A stretch of DNA of 64,000 nucleotides from Bacteroidales bacterium (GCA_049512815.1 JBEKWS010000019.1:20835-84834), one strand, 5' to 3'. Shown: positions 37,980 through 48,024, counted from the first letter of the stretch. The notes: generated by a model not told the origin, from the sequence alone. A program made the numbers and translations.

Positions 37980-38596
37980 TTCTTTTTGCAATGGCAGGAA
38001 AAAGATTAATTTCCACAGCATACTTACCACCAATTGAGTACTTCTCTTTATTTTCACAAGCAGATGAAGTATTTATTGAAAGAGAGGAGAACTACCAGAA
38101 ACAGTCATACCGGAACAGATGTTACATTCTCTCCGCACATGGTCCACAAATTCTGTCAGTACCAGTATATCTTGGCAGTCTGCATAAAACGCCCGTTAAA
38201 GACATCAGGATAGATTACTCCAAACGCTGGCAACAAGTGCATTTAAGGGCTATGACTGCATCTTATAACTCATCTCCCTATTTTGAATTCTATTTTGAAA
38301 ACATTGAAAAGATAATCTTAAAAAATTTTAGTTTTCTTCTTGACCTGAATATGGAGCTTACCGAATCAGTTCTTGAAATGTTAAAATTGAAAATTAAAAT
38401 CTCATACACTGCCACTTTTCAACCTGTCGGAGAAACGGAAAATGATTTCAGATACAAAATAACCCCAAAAGAAGAATCTCAATATACAGTGAAAAAATAC
38501 TTCCACGTATTTGATAATAATAATAAATTAGTTCAGGGTCTGAGTATTCTTGACCTTATTTTTAATATGGGACCGGAGTCAGTCAATTATCTTTAA
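37976..38596 (+). CDS. WbqC-like family protein
   Basis: STAYLPPIEYFSLF…ENYQKQSYRNRCYIL…ILSVPV matches the WbqC-like family pattern. The start is either GTG 37976 (overlapping the larB stop) or ATG 37991. Confidence 0.6.
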   Translation: MILFAMAGKRLISTAYLPPIEYFSLFSQADEVFIEREENYQKQSYRNRCYILSAHGPQILSVPVYLGSLHKTPVKDIRIDYSKRWQQVHLRAMTASYNSSPYFEFYFENIEKIILKNFSFLLDLNMELTESVLEMLKLKIKISYTATFQPVGETENDFRYKITPKEESQYTVKKYFHVFDNNNKLVQGLSILDLIFNMGPESVNYL

Positions 38597-38687
38597 AATC
38601 TGGCGTAACAGCTATAGAGGCAGTAGAGGCCTTATAAGCTACGAGTATCTGACCACTAGCCACTTATCACGAGCTACAAGCTAAAAA

Positions 38688-38719
38688 AAGGAGGCTTTCT
38701 CAGAAGAGACAGCCTCCTT
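38688..38719. terminator. hairpin terminator between convergent genes
   Basis: 9-bp stem AAGGAGGCT / AGCCTCCTT (38688-38696 and 38711-38719), preceded by an A-run. Confidence 0.6.
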
Positions 38720-38739
38720 CAAAGGAAGTTATTAAAGTA

Positions 38740-40233
38740 TTAAATACCAAACTTATATCCAAAAGTAACTGCAAAAGTGTTTCTTGTAGTTTTAATTGTT
38801 GCAGGTTCCAGGTAACCCGGGTCAGAATACATATAATACAACCTACTGCTGTACAGTGCTGTGAAAGCCAAATCCAGGTAAAGATTCTGGTGTCTCATAC
38901 CAACACCAAATGAGAGAGAATTATAATCAAGGTTCTTGTTATCTTCACTTGGTTTAAAAGCTTTCCCGTAATAACTATAGCCACCTCTAAGGTAAATGTT
39001 ACTTAAACGTAATTCGGCACCAAGTCGAATGTTTGAAGCCGTCTTGTACATTTCCCTTATAATACTGTTTTCATCGGAAAAACTCTGACCGTCAATCGCT
39101 TTGCTAAATTGTGACATACTATAATCTACGAACTCATAATCTGCACTAATTATTGCACGCTTTTTTATCTGGACTGCAAAACCGGCATTAGCTCTGAACG
39201 GGGTAGTTAAAGTATACTTGTAACTCAAAGGGTTATTTGTATACTCATATTGGTCAAGATTATTAAGTTGGGTATCAAAATGTGAAGAAATATTGTCAAA
39301 GTAATTCTCAGTAATTCTATATACTGTCGGAGATTGTAAAGCAAGGCCTATCCTTAAGAAATCGACAGGCTTAATTATTGTTCCGATTTTCAGAGAATAG
39401 CCTGTCCCGGTAGCTTCAAGATGGTCGGTATATGTAAAACTCTTGAAATCATAAATAACATTGTTAACGTCAGACTCAAGGTGTTCTAAATGCCCGGTAT
39501 ATTTTAGCATGCTGATTGCCAGAGTAGTTCCGAAATAAAACTTATTGGAAAAATTAGCTCCGATTGAGAATGCATGTTCGCCGGTATAGCCGACATTTGT
39601 AATTACTCTTTTTATTTCCTGACCATACGTCGAAAAAGAGTTAGCACCGTAACGTGAAAATGTTGTTCCATATAAAGTATTTGATGTTGGAAGTGTATCA
39701 ATTAAATATGTTTGATATGCTGCCCATGCATCATCTGGAATATCCGTAGTACTCTTTCCATTTGCCCGGGAAACCCAATAATCAGCCATTGAGCTGTTAT
39801 TACTGATCCCGCTTATTGTAATATTCTCAGTAAAGTTGTTTGATCTGTTATATGAATAGGCGATATTTAAATTTACCAGGCCTTTCTCCTTATCGGTCGA
39901 AAAAATGGTGGATACAATTCCTATTTGACTCAAATTAAATACAGAACTGATGTCTTTAGATGCTGAATTATTCCAAAGAGAGGATGTACTGTTATAAACC
40001 AGTTGTGGGGTCAGACTGAATTCAGAAGATCTGAATACGCCTGTACCGGCAGGATTAAGGCTGATGGCAGATAAATCTCCCCCGAGAGCTGTGAAAGCAC
40101 CTCCCATTGACATAAACCTGGCAGTACCTCCATAAAATATCTGGGAATATCTCAATGCATCATCTATGTTCTGTGCAAAAACCTCTGTGAACACTGATAA
40201 TATCGCTAATATTACTAAACCTATCCTTTTCAT
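38740..40233 (-). CDS. FadL/OMPP1/TodX-like outer-membrane beta-barrel protein
   Basis: 497 aa. Signal peptide ending FAQ, N-terminal …ARFMSMGGAFTALGGDLSAISLNPAG… (FadL-family hallmark), and C-terminal beta-signal FGYKFGI. Confidence 0.6.
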   Translation of the reverse strand: MKRIGLVILAILSVFTEVFAQNIDDALRYSQIFYGGTARFMSMGGAFTALGGDLSAISLNPAGTGVFRSSEFSLTPQLVYNSTSSLWNNSASKDISSVFNLSQIGIVSTIFSTDKEKGLVNLNIAYSYNRSNNFTENITISGISNNSSMADYWVSRANGKSTTDIPDDAWAAYQTYLIDTLPTSNTLYGTTFSRYGANSFSTYGQEIKRVITNVGYTGEHAFSIGANFSNKFYFGTTLAISMLKYTGHLEHLESDVNNVIYDFKSFTYTDHLEATGTGYSLKIGTIIKPVDFLRIGLALQSPTVYRITENYFDNISSHFDTQLNNLDQYEYTNNPLSYKYTLTTPFRANAGFAVQIKKRAIISADYEFVDYSMSQFSKAIDGQSFSDENSIIREMYKTASNIRLGAELRLSNIYLRGGYSYYGKAFKPSEDNKNLDYNSLSFGVGMRHQNLYLDLAFTALYSSRLYYMYSDPGYLEPATIKTTRNTFAVTFGYKFGI

Positions 40234-40315
40234 AAAATTTGCATTTTTTTGTAAGACTAACCCTGCACTCCTTTATTTAGAATGAACGATTTTAAAAATA
40301 TTTTATTGTTTTCAA

Positions 40316-41704
40316 CTACCTCCTGCCTGAAGATGAACGACCTGATGAAGACCCTGATGAAGATCCTGATGAAGATCCTGATGAAGATCCTGAGGAAGAG
40401 GAACCTGATGATCCACTGCTAAACGATGATGAAGATCTGCTGCTTCCCGAAGATGAGCCCGATGAAAAACTTGATCCTCTTTCCACGCCGCTTCTGGATG
40501 GAACAGAATAGCTTTGAGAGTTTCTGTACGAATTAGATCTGATTTGTCCTGAAGGAACAGAATATCCTGATGGTGATCCATATCTCCTCTGAACATTTCC
40601 TGAAGAATTGCTTCTTACATTGTTATAAGGGTTCTGATAGTAACCTTGATTTGAAGGGGTTCGCACTGAACCAGAGTTATTGTACATCCTGCTGTTATTA
40701 TATGACGGTCTTGTGCTCATCCGTGGATTGCTGTAACTCGGTGTATATTTCCTGTTTACACTATTATATTCAGGTTTTACATTTGCCTGAGTCTTCTTGA
40801 TGGAGGTCGTCGGACGAATGTTTTCTGCTTGGGCTTGGTTCTGATCAAGTCTTCTGTTTGCCTGATTAACTGACTGCTGAGAATTTACTCCCGATGAAAC
40901 AGTCTTCCTCTGATCAACAGCAACTGTTTGAGATCCTGAAGAGATTCGTCTGTTAACTCCGGAATTTCCTCCTGAAAGATAAGAATCTCTTCTTGCAGAG
41001 CCGGTGGCAGACACATTATTGTTCGATCTTGAAGAAAGGGTACTTGGTCTCTCTCTCCTGCCATAAGTCACACTATTTTTCCTTTCATTAAGAGAGTAAC
41101 TTCCCGAATAACCATAGAAAGGAGAATAAAATGAGCCAAAGCCACCATAATAACCACCATAACCACCATAATAACCAGGATAATAGCCTCCATATCCATA
41201 ATAGTCACCATATAATCCTCCGTAGCCAAAATAAGGACTCCCGAATAATGAGTTGCCAAAGCCATAGGAATAAGGGAACCCTCCATAACCAAAACTGTAA
41301 CCAAATGACGGATAACCATAGTCAAAATAGAACGGGTCTCTCCAATAAGGATCAAAATAGTTCCCGTAGAATTGTCTTAACCTGCCTGCATATGAGTAGT
41401 TATCAAAATAATCATATCCCCCGTTATTATAGTAGTTGTTATTATGAATCTGGTTGCCAATATCAACTGCATTTGAATACTGGTCTGCAACAATAGTATC
41501 GGCTGCATAAATATTGTCATAATAGTCTTTATTCTTTAGAGTACGTTCAGGAATCTGTTCATTTACAGACGGTTTTGTCGTAACCACCGGTTTATCTGAA
41601 GGTAAATAATAAAGATCATCATACTCTGCACCTGTATAAAGGCTTGAAGTACAGGAGCCAAGGGTCAGAAGTGCAAGGACTAATATTTGAGATATTGTTT
41701 TCAT
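40316..41704 (-). CDS. secreted low-complexity lipoprotein: Tyr/Gly-rich segment, Asn/Ser/Arg-rich segment, poly-(Ser-Gly) tail
   Basis: 462 aa. Lipoprotein-type signal LLTLGSC, then …GYGGYYPGYYGGYGGYYGGFGSFYSPFYGYSGSY…, ending …GSSSGSSSGSSSGSSSGRSSSGRR. Paralogous to 41845-42924. Confidence 0.6.
   Translation of the reverse strand: MKTISQILVLALLTLGSCTSSLYTGAEYDDLYYLPSDKPVVTTKPSVNEQIPERTLKNKDYYDNIYAADTIVADQYSNAVDIGNQIHNNNYYNNGGYDYFDNYSYAGRLRQFYGNYFDPYWRDPFYFDYGYPSFGYSFGYGGFPYSYGFGNSLFGSPYFGYGGLYGDYYGYGGYYPGYYGGYGGYYGGFGSFYSPFYGYSGSYSLNERKNSVTYGRRERPSTLSSRSNNNVSATGSARRDSYLSGGNSGVNRRISSGSQTVAVDQRKTVSSGVNSQQSVNQANRRLDQNQAQAENIRPTTSIKKTQANVKPEYNSVNRKYTPSYSNPRMSTRPSYNNSRMYNNSGSVRTPSNQGYYQNPYNNVRSNSSGNVQRRYGSPSGYSVPSGQIRSNSYRNSQSYSVPSRSGVERGSSFSSGSSSGSSRSSSSFSSGSSGSSSSGSSSGSSSGSSSGSSSGRSSSGRR
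40341..40412. repeat. 12-nt tandem repeat (CCTGATGAAGAT x about 6) inside the coding tail
   Basis: Units at 40341, 40353, 40365 and 40377 are near-identical, and those at 40389 and 40401 are degenerate. On the minus strand they encode the (SSGS)n tail. Confidence 0.85.
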
Positions 41705-41757
41705 TTTAATTCCCCCTATTGTTTTCTAAATGACACGCAAATATTGTACCAAAGAAA

Positions 41758-41765
41758 CAAAATTA
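41758..41765 (-). promoter_or_regulatory. candidate -7 promoter box TAATTTTG on the minus strand
   Basis: The plus strand reads CAAAATTA, 54 nt upstream of the ATG at 41704. Confidence 0.3.
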
Positions 41766-41844
41766 TTGAACTAAGTGTTACGATTACAGAAATAAATTAT
41801 TATTCGAATAAAATCAGGGATATGACATTGCATGTCCTCTTATT

Positions 41845-42924
41845 TTATCTTCGTCCGGAGGATTTTCCATGAGAAGAGACGGATCTGGAACCAGATGACC
41901 TGGATGAACCATGCGAAGAACTGCTTCTAATTCCGGAACCGGAGGTCATTGATCTGGACGATGAATGTACCTGTGGAGAACTCATTGATCTGTATGAATG
42001 TGAGGATATGCCTCCATTCGAATGTACAGTCCTGTTGTTGTTTTCTCCCTGTGAAATATAATTGTTGCTGCGATTATTATTTACGCCTGTATTGATATTT
42101 CTTGAATTCTGAACCCTAACATTATTACTTGCGTAAAACCTATTGTTACTAATGTTACCTTTATTTCCGAAAGTGCGGGCGTTATTAGGTTGCTCCCTTT
42201 TAACTGCCGGAGTACTTATCCGTCTGGTTTCCCCTGCATGAAGACCATTATTATTTCTGACAACCGGTCTGCTCTTGCTGACTTCATTCCTGGAATAGTT
42301 ACCGGAGGAATTGTCCCTTCTATATACATTATTATTATAAGTTGATCCTGAATTGCTGCCAGGGTTCCGCCTTGAACCGGACTCAGCATAGGAATATCTG
42401 TTTAGATTATAACCGTGATGATTATTTCCCGAATAGTGATTGTATCTGTAGTCATTGTATCCGTAGTAATGATTATGGCCATTCCAGCCCCAATAATTGT
42501 TTCGCCATCTGTTTCCGAAGTTAAAATTGAATATAAAAGGCGTGAACCAGCTATTATAATAAAAAGGATCATAACCCCAGCTATAATTTACCCCGAAATA
42601 AGGATCGTATCCATAATAATCACCATAACCAAAATTAAATCCTAAACCGTTGCCACCATATATGTTTAATCCCCAATACCATGGCTGATAATCATACCAG
42701 TAAGGATCTGTAAAGAGCGGAGAATAATAATCGAATGCGGCATAAGATCTGTGAAACCTGTTTATCCTTGATGCAAAATAATAGTCATAATTATCGTAAT
42801 AGTTATTTACCACTAATTTGGCGTCATCATTCCTGTAGTCTCTCGAATCAGCACTCTGCCCTTTTACTGTTGAAAAGGTAAGCAGAAGAACTGATAAAAC
42901 TCCGATGTAATATTTTGCTTTCAT
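41845..42924 (-). CDS. secreted low-complexity protein, paralog of 40316-41704 (aromatic/Gly-rich then Asn/Ser/Arg-rich)
   Basis: Signal peptide MKAKYYIGVLSVLLLTFSTVKGQ, with the start placed at ATG 42924 rather than 43014. Contains …ASRINRFHRSYAAFDYYSPLFTDPYWYDYQPWYWG…GYGDYYGYDPYFG… and ends …SSHGKSSGRR. Confidence 0.6.
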   Translation of the reverse strand: MKAKYYIGVLSVLLLTFSTVKGQSADSRDYRNDDAKLVVNNYYDNYDYYFASRINRFHRSYAAFDYYSPLFTDPYWYDYQPWYWGLNIYGGNGLGFNFGYGDYYGYDPYFGVNYSWGYDPFYYNSWFTPFIFNFNFGNRWRNNYWGWNGHNHYYGYNDYRYNHYSGNNHHGYNLNRYSYAESGSRRNPGSNSGSTYNNNVYRRDNSSGNYSRNEVSKSRPVVRNNNGLHAGETRRISTPAVKREQPNNARTFGNKGNISNNRFYASNNVRVQNSRNINTGVNNNRSNNYISQGENNNRTVHSNGGISSHSYRSMSSPQVHSSSRSMTSGSGIRSSSSHGSSRSSGSRSVSSHGKSSGRR

Positions 42925-43022
42925 GATGAACCTACCTTTCTTTTTTTGATAATAACTGAAGTTTTTATTTATTTTTACGCAATCTATTTTTCTAGACTTA
43001 TAAACAAATACCATACCAAAAA

Positions 43023-44498
43023 ATGGCGAAATTTTTAACTAACAGGGACGAAAATTATGCACAATGGTATAATGATCTGGTTATCAAGGCAGATTTGGCT
43101 GAGAATTCAGCTGTAAGAGGATGTATGGTTATCAAACCATACGGGTATGCTATCTGGGAAAAGATACAGGCTGAACTCGACAGACTATTTAAAGCAACAG
43201 GGCATGTAAATGCATATTTTCCATTATTTATTCCAAAATCATTTTTCAGCAAGGAAGCAGCACATGTAGAGGGATTTGCTAAAGAATGTGCCGTTGTAAC
43301 TCATTACCGTCTTAAAAATGATGAAAATGGAAAAGGAATTATTGTTGATCCTACAGCAAAGCTTGAGGAAGAACTCATCATACGTCCTACTTCAGAAACC
43401 ATAATCTGGCATTCATATAAAAACTGGATTCACTCATACAGGGATCTGCCTATTCTAATAAATCAATGGGCCAATGTTGTGAGATGGGAAATGAGGACAA
43501 GGCTATTTCTGAGAACTACCGAATTTCTCTGGCAGGAGGGGCATACCGCTCATGCAACCAAAGAGGAGGCTTTAGAGGAGGCTGAAAAGATGATTAATGT
43601 TTATGCTGGTTTTGCAGAAAATTCAATGGCGCTACCTGTTATAAAGGGCTATAAAAGTGAAAATGAGCGATTTGCAGGAGCTCTCGACACCTATGCCATA
43701 GAAGCATTGATGCAGGATGGAAAAGCCCTGCAAGCTGGTACCAGCCATTTCCTGGGACAAAACTTCGCTAAAGCATTTGATGTTCAGTTTACTGACAAGA
43801 CCGGAAAGCTCGATTATGTCTGGGCCACTTCCTGGGGTGTAACCACCAGGCTGATTGGTGCAATTATTATGGGTCATGCTGACAATCACGGGCTGGTATT
43901 ACCTCCAAAACTTGCTCCGATCCAGGTTGTAATAATCCCTATTTATAAAAACATTAAGCAACTGGCCACTTTATCTGAAACAGCAAAAAAAATCAAAGCA
44001 GGATTAGAGTCATTGGGGATATCAGTAAAATATGATGACAGAGATAATAACAAACCCGGATGGAAATTTGCTGATTATGAGCTGAAAGGAGTTCCTGTCC
44101 GACTTGCTATCGGACCCCGCGATCTTGAAAATAGTACAATTGAAGTTGCCAGAAGGGATAACCTTACAAAAGAGACGATTCCGATAGATAATGTATATGA
44201 GTATATCCCTAAACTGCTTGATGACATCCAGAACAATATTTATAATAAAGCTTTGAATTTCAGAAAAGAAAATACTTTCTATGTTGATAGTTGGGAAGAT
44301 TTTCTTAAAGTTCTGGATAGCCAGGGTGGTTTCATAATGGCTCATTGGGACGGAACAGTCGAAACTGAAGAAAAAATTAAAGAAGAAACAAAAGCGACAA
44401 TCAGGTGTATCCCTTTTGACAGCCCTGAAGAACCAGGCAAATGCGTTTATTCCGGGAAACCGTCAAAAAGAAGAGTTCTCTTTGCAGTATCCTATTAA
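43023..44498 (+). CDS. proS: proline--tRNA ligase (archaeal/eukaryote-like class II type)
   Basis: 491 aa. Contains …[17 protein letters not shown]…, RPTSETI and [10 protein letters not shown] motifs and a C-terminal Zn-type domain ending in Tyr. Confidence 0.95.
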   Translation: MAKFLTNRDENYAQWYNDLVIKADLAENSAVRGCMVIKPYGYAIWEKIQAELDRLFKATGHVNAYFPLFIPKSFFSKEAAHVEGFAKECAVVTHYRLKNDENGKGIIVDPTAKLEEELIIRPTSETIIWHSYKNWIHSYRDLPILINQWANVVRWEMRTRLFLRTTEFLWQEGHTAHATKEEALEEAEKMINVYAGFAENSMALPVIKGYKSENERFAGALDTYAIEALMQDGKALQAGTSHFLGQNFAKAFDVQFTDKTGKLDYVWATSWGVTTRLIGAIIMGHADNHGLVLPPKLAPIQVVIIPIYKNIKQLATLSETAKKIKAGLESLGISVKYDDRDNNKPGWKFADYELKGVPVRLAIGPRDLENSTIEVARRDNLTKETIPIDNVYEYIPKLLDDIQNNIYNKALNFRKENTFYVDSWEDFLKVLDSQGGFIMAHWDGTVETEEKIKEETKATIRCIPFDSPEEPGKCVYSGKPSKRRVLFAVSY

Positions 44499-44606
44499 TT
44501 AAGCTATTACAATTAACACGGACGTTCCATTCAATGTCCATGTTTTATTTATCCTTAATAATTATTATTTTAGGCGCCAATATCTCATTTAAAAACAGCT
44601 TTTATC

Positions 44607-45317
44607 ATGGCCGATCAAAATGAAAAGAAACTGGCAATAATTGGAACACTTAAAGAGAAATCCCTGCTTAAGCAAAAGGTATTTGATAATACTCTTGAAT
44701 CATTTTGTATAGTAAAGGATGTTCTTAAAAATTTATCAAAAGAAGTAAATACAAATTTAAGCGGTATGGATTCCAGAATAAGACTGGAGTATACTGACAG
44801 AAGCAATTTTGATGCCCAGATTAAGGTTGCCGGAGATATATTGCTTTTCAGCATGCACTCCAACATCTTTCAGTTTGACAGGGAACACCCTGCATGGAAA
44901 ACAGCGTATATTCAGAAAAACAGGTATAATGCGTACTCCGGCATAATCAATATTTATAACTTTCTCAGCGACTCATTCAAGTATTCACGTTTAGATGACC
45001 TGGGATACCTGATAGCCAGAATCTTTATTAACCATGAGAAACAGTACTTTGTTGAGGGAAAAAGACAGATGGGAATGTTGTTTACAAATTATGGTAGTGA
45101 AGAAATTAGCAAAGAATCATTACAACTGATTATTTCAACAGCAATTCAATACGCTCTGGAATTTGACCTTCTCGTACCACCCTACGACGCTGTAAAGATT
45201 GCTACAGTAGGTCAGGCAGAAGCAAAGATTCAACATTCAAGGGTAATAACAGGTAAACGTCTTGGATTCCAGTTTAATTCAGATGATGTGTTGATCAGCA
45301 ATCCTCAAGAAACCTGA
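44607..45317 (+). CDS. conserved hypothetical protein
   Basis: 236 aa with normal composition and no recognisable motif. Its stop overlaps the next start (TGATG). Confidence 0.5.
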   Translation: MADQNEKKLAIIGTLKEKSLLKQKVFDNTLESFCIVKDVLKNLSKEVNTNLSGMDSRIRLEYTDRSNFDAQIKVAGDILLFSMHSNIFQFDREHPAWKTAYIQKNRYNAYSGIINIYNFLSDSFKYSRLDDLGYLIARIFINHEKQYFVEGKRQMGMLFTNYGSEEISKESLQLIISTAIQYALEFDLLVPPYDAVKIATVGQAEAKIQHSRVITGKRLGFQFNSDDVLISNPQET

Positions 45318-47257
45318 TGTGCAATATTCAAAGAAAATACAGGAGTTCGTTAAGGCCCTGGATTTTTGTGGCGCTTCTGTTTTTTTACAACATAGCATAT
45401 CCACAAACCTTCTCAGAACCTGACACATTAATAGTAATTTCACACATTACATTTCCACAAATCAGGGGCAAAATATCTTTTTTTTCGAATGATGCATCAT
45501 TAAAATTGCGTTCTTCCCTGGTACCACCCACTACTTTACTGAAAAATAAAAACAGTGAGTTTTTCGTTTCATTGAAAGTTAGAGCATCCAAGAGTCTTCT
45601 GACCAGAAAGTTATATGACTTTGTGGTAGTAAATCCCGACACGACTAATAAAAAACAGATCACAGGACGAAGCGACGCAAATTATATCAGATATTCAGGT
45701 AAGAAGATACGAAAAATTGAAATCCAGAAACTGAATGTTTTCGGGACAGATATTAATAATCCTGCTTCAAATAATCCGAAAAAGATTAATGATATTTTAA
45801 ATAGTACACATTTTAACACTAATGAGAATATTATAAGAAAAAATCTTCTCTTTTCAGAAGGTGATGAAATTTCACCTTTGTTGCTCAGTGATAACGAAAG
45901 GTTATTACGACAACTTCCCTACATAGATGATGCCAGAATAATTGTTGTTCCTGTATCTGATGAATTGGTAGATATTTTAGTTCTCACAAAGGATGTATAT
46001 TCACTCGGTGCCTTATATACTTATAAAGGGCTTGAAAACGGTTCTGTATCGGTTTTTGATAAAAACATTTTCGGAATGGGCCATGAATTTGGACTTGATG
46101 TACCCTATAATAGCAAAGATTCAGATTCCCCAGGAATTGGAGTACACTATCTGGCAAATAATATTGGAAAATCTTTCATTAACCTAAACGTTTACTTTCT
46201 TTATGGATTGGGAGAAAAAACATATGGTTTCGACTTAAGTCGCAATTTTGTAAGCTCCACCACAAAATACGCGGGAGGGATTTCTGTCAGGCAAATGTAT
46301 ACTACAGAAAATCTTGACACACTTCTTGTCCCGGCGCCTCTTAAATACAATTTGCAGGATTATTGGCTCTCAAGATCGTTTCTGATTAACAAAGAGTCAG
46401 TATCAAGAATCATTATAGGTGTTCGTTATACAAATAATAATGTATTTGACAGACCAATAATATTACCTGAATCATACTACAACCTTCAGAATTACAGGAT
46501 TTTTCTGGGATCACTCGCTCTTTCAATCCAGAAATACTATAAAACTAACCTCCTTTATAGTTATGGTCGTACTGAAGATATCCCATATGGTGCTTTATTC
46601 AAATTTACTGCCGGAAGAGAATTTAACGAATTCAAGTTGAGAACTTATCTTGGAGGTGAGGTTTCTTTAGGTAAATCAATTAATTCAGTCGGCTATTTTT
46701 ATAACTATGCAGGGCTTTCGACATATTTAAATGAAAATCAAACAGAACAGGGAGTTTTAACTTTAGGAATGAATTATTTTTCTAACCTGGTAACCATTGG
46801 AAACATCAAGATAAGGAACTTTGTTAATTTTGAATATATGAGAGGATTTAACAGGTATTCAAACGAATTCCTTAAGTTTGAAAATGTTAATGGATTCTCC
46901 GGATTTAAAAATGATTCGGTAAACGGTACTCAAAGATTATCTGTCAGTCTTGAATCAGTTTTATTCAGTCAGCTCAATATATATGGCTTCAGATTTGCAT
47001 TTTTCGGTTTTACTGATTTTTCTTTTCTGTCAGGAACAAATGAGATATTAGGAAATGGTTATTCACTTTCAAGTATTGGTGTAGGTATAAGGATCAGAAA
47101 CGACAACCTGGTGTTTAATACTTTTCAAATAAGGATTGGATTCTTCCCAAACCCACCCTCCTATTCAAAAACTGACGCTGTTGTAATTTCGGGAGAACAG
47201 CTTCTAAGACCAAATAATTTTGATCCCGGTCCCCCTTCAATTATTCCCTACCGGTAA
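45317..47257 (+). CDS. Omp85-superfamily-like outer-membrane protein with one POTRA-like domain
   Basis: 646 aa. Signal peptide, a POTRA-like segment (KIRKIEIQKLNVFG…LLFSEGDEISPLLLSDNERLLRQLPYIDDARIIVVPVSDELVDILVLTKD), and a long beta-rich C-terminal region. Confidence 0.45.
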   Translation: MCNIQRKYRSSLRPWIFVALLFFYNIAYPQTFSEPDTLIVISHITFPQIRGKISFFSNDASLKLRSSLVPPTTLLKNKNSEFFVSLKVRASKSLLTRKLYDFVVVNPDTTNKKQITGRSDANYIRYSGKKIRKIEIQKLNVFGTDINNPASNNPKKINDILNSTHFNTNENIIRKNLLFSEGDEISPLLLSDNERLLRQLPYIDDARIIVVPVSDELVDILVLTKDVYSLGALYTYKGLENGSVSVFDKNIFGMGHEFGLDVPYNSKDSDSPGIGVHYLANNIGKSFINLNVYFLYGLGEKTYGFDLSRNFVSSTTKYAGGISVRQMYTTENLDTLLVPAPLKYNLQDYWLSRSFLINKESVSRIIIGVRYTNNNVFDRPIILPESYYNLQNYRIFLGSLALSIQKYYKTNLLYSYGRTEDIPYGALFKFTAGREFNEFKLRTYLGGEVSLGKSINSVGYFYNYAGLSTYLNENQTEQGVLTLGMNYFSNLVTIGNIKIRNFVNFEYMRGFNRYSNEFLKFENVNGFSGFKNDSVNGTQRLSVSLESVLFSQLNIYGFRFAFFGFTDFSFLSGTNEILGNGYSLSSIGVGIRIRNDNLVFNTFQIRIGFFPNPPSYSKTDAVVISGEQLLRPNNFDPGPPSIIPYR

Positions 47258-47327
47258 TGAACAAAACAATTTCTAATTTGTAATATCAGAAGATCAATAA
47301 TTATTAATATTAATTAAATCAAAAATA

Positions 47328-47960
47328 ATGGCTGTTTTAGTTGGAAAAAAAGCTCCGGCATTTTCTGCACCTGCAGTGATAAATGGCGGTGAAATTGTTG
47401 AAGATTTCTCTATTGAACAATATCTTGGAAAAAAGTATGTAGTATTCTTCTTCTATCCTGCTGATTTTACATTTGTCTGCCCAACAGAACTTCTTGCGTT
47501 TCAGGATAGAATAAAGGATTTCGAAGAGAAAAATGTTGCCTTGGTTGCATGTTCTGTTGACTCAAAATATTCTCATTGGAAATGGCTTCAAACCGAACTT
47601 AAGAATGGCGGAATCAAGGGTGTTAAGTATCCGTTAGTATCTGATCTTTCAAAGACAATATCGGAAAACTATGATGTCCTCGCCGGTAATTACGACTATT
47701 CAGAAGAGGGAGATGTTACCTTTATCGGAACTCCAGAGGCTTACAGGGGATTGTTTCTTATAGACAAAAAAGGAATTGTCAGACACCAGACCGTCAATGA
47801 CATGCCACTTGGAAGAAGTGTATCTGAAACACTTAGAATGGTTGATGCCCTTCAGTTTTTTGAGGAAAACGGTGAAGTTTGTCCGGCAGACTGGCATAAA
47901 GGGGAAAAGGGAATGAAGGAAACGCAGGAAAGTGTTGCCGACTGGCTTTCGAAAAAATAG
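47328..47960 (+). CDS. typical 2-Cys peroxiredoxin (AhpC/Prx1 family)
   Basis: 210 aa. Peroxidatic Cys in FTFVCPTEL and resolving Cys in GEVCPADW. Confidence 0.92.
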   Translation: MAVLVGKKAPAFSAPAVINGGEIVEDFSIEQYLGKKYVVFFFYPADFTFVCPTELLAFQDRIKDFEEKNVALVACSVDSKYSHWKWLQTELKNGGIKGVKYPLVSDLSKTISENYDVLAGNYDYSEEGDVTFIGTPEAYRGLFLIDKKGIVRHQTVNDMPLGRSVSETLRMVDALQFFEENGEVCPADWHKGEKGMKETQESVADWLSKK

Positions 47961-47979
47961 CTTTTTCAGATTTATTCTC

Positions 47980-48010
47980 AAAGGTATCCACTAAAAGGAT
48001 ACCTTTTTCT
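47980..48010 (+). terminator. rho-independent terminator
   Basis: 10-bp stem AAAGGTATCC / GGATACCTTT with a 7-nt loop, followed by a T-run. Confidence 0.7.
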
Positions 48011-48017
48011 ATTTTTG
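48010..48017 (+). promoter_or_regulatory. -7 promoter box TATTTTTG
   Basis: Exact TAnnTTTG match, 8 nt before ATG 48025 and 20 nt before ATG 48037. This suggests a near-leaderless mRNA or use of the second ATG. Confidence 0.35.
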
Positions 48018-48024
48018 CATTTCA

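Noticed and set aside
38597-38687. Relatively GC-rich 90-nt stretch with repeated AGCTAC/GAGCTAC words, considered as a possible small RNA or tRNA fragment.
   Set aside because: I could not fold a convincing cloverleaf or extended stem by eye; the best is 4+4 bp with an internal loop. No second copy occurs in the window. It remains unexplained spacer upstream of a clear terminator.
40312-40596. 94-aa ORF with HQDLHQDLHQDL repeats.
   Set aside because: It is an alternative frame of the 12-nt tandem repeat that encodes the poly(Ser-Gly) tail of the 462-aa gene. It has no independent start context.
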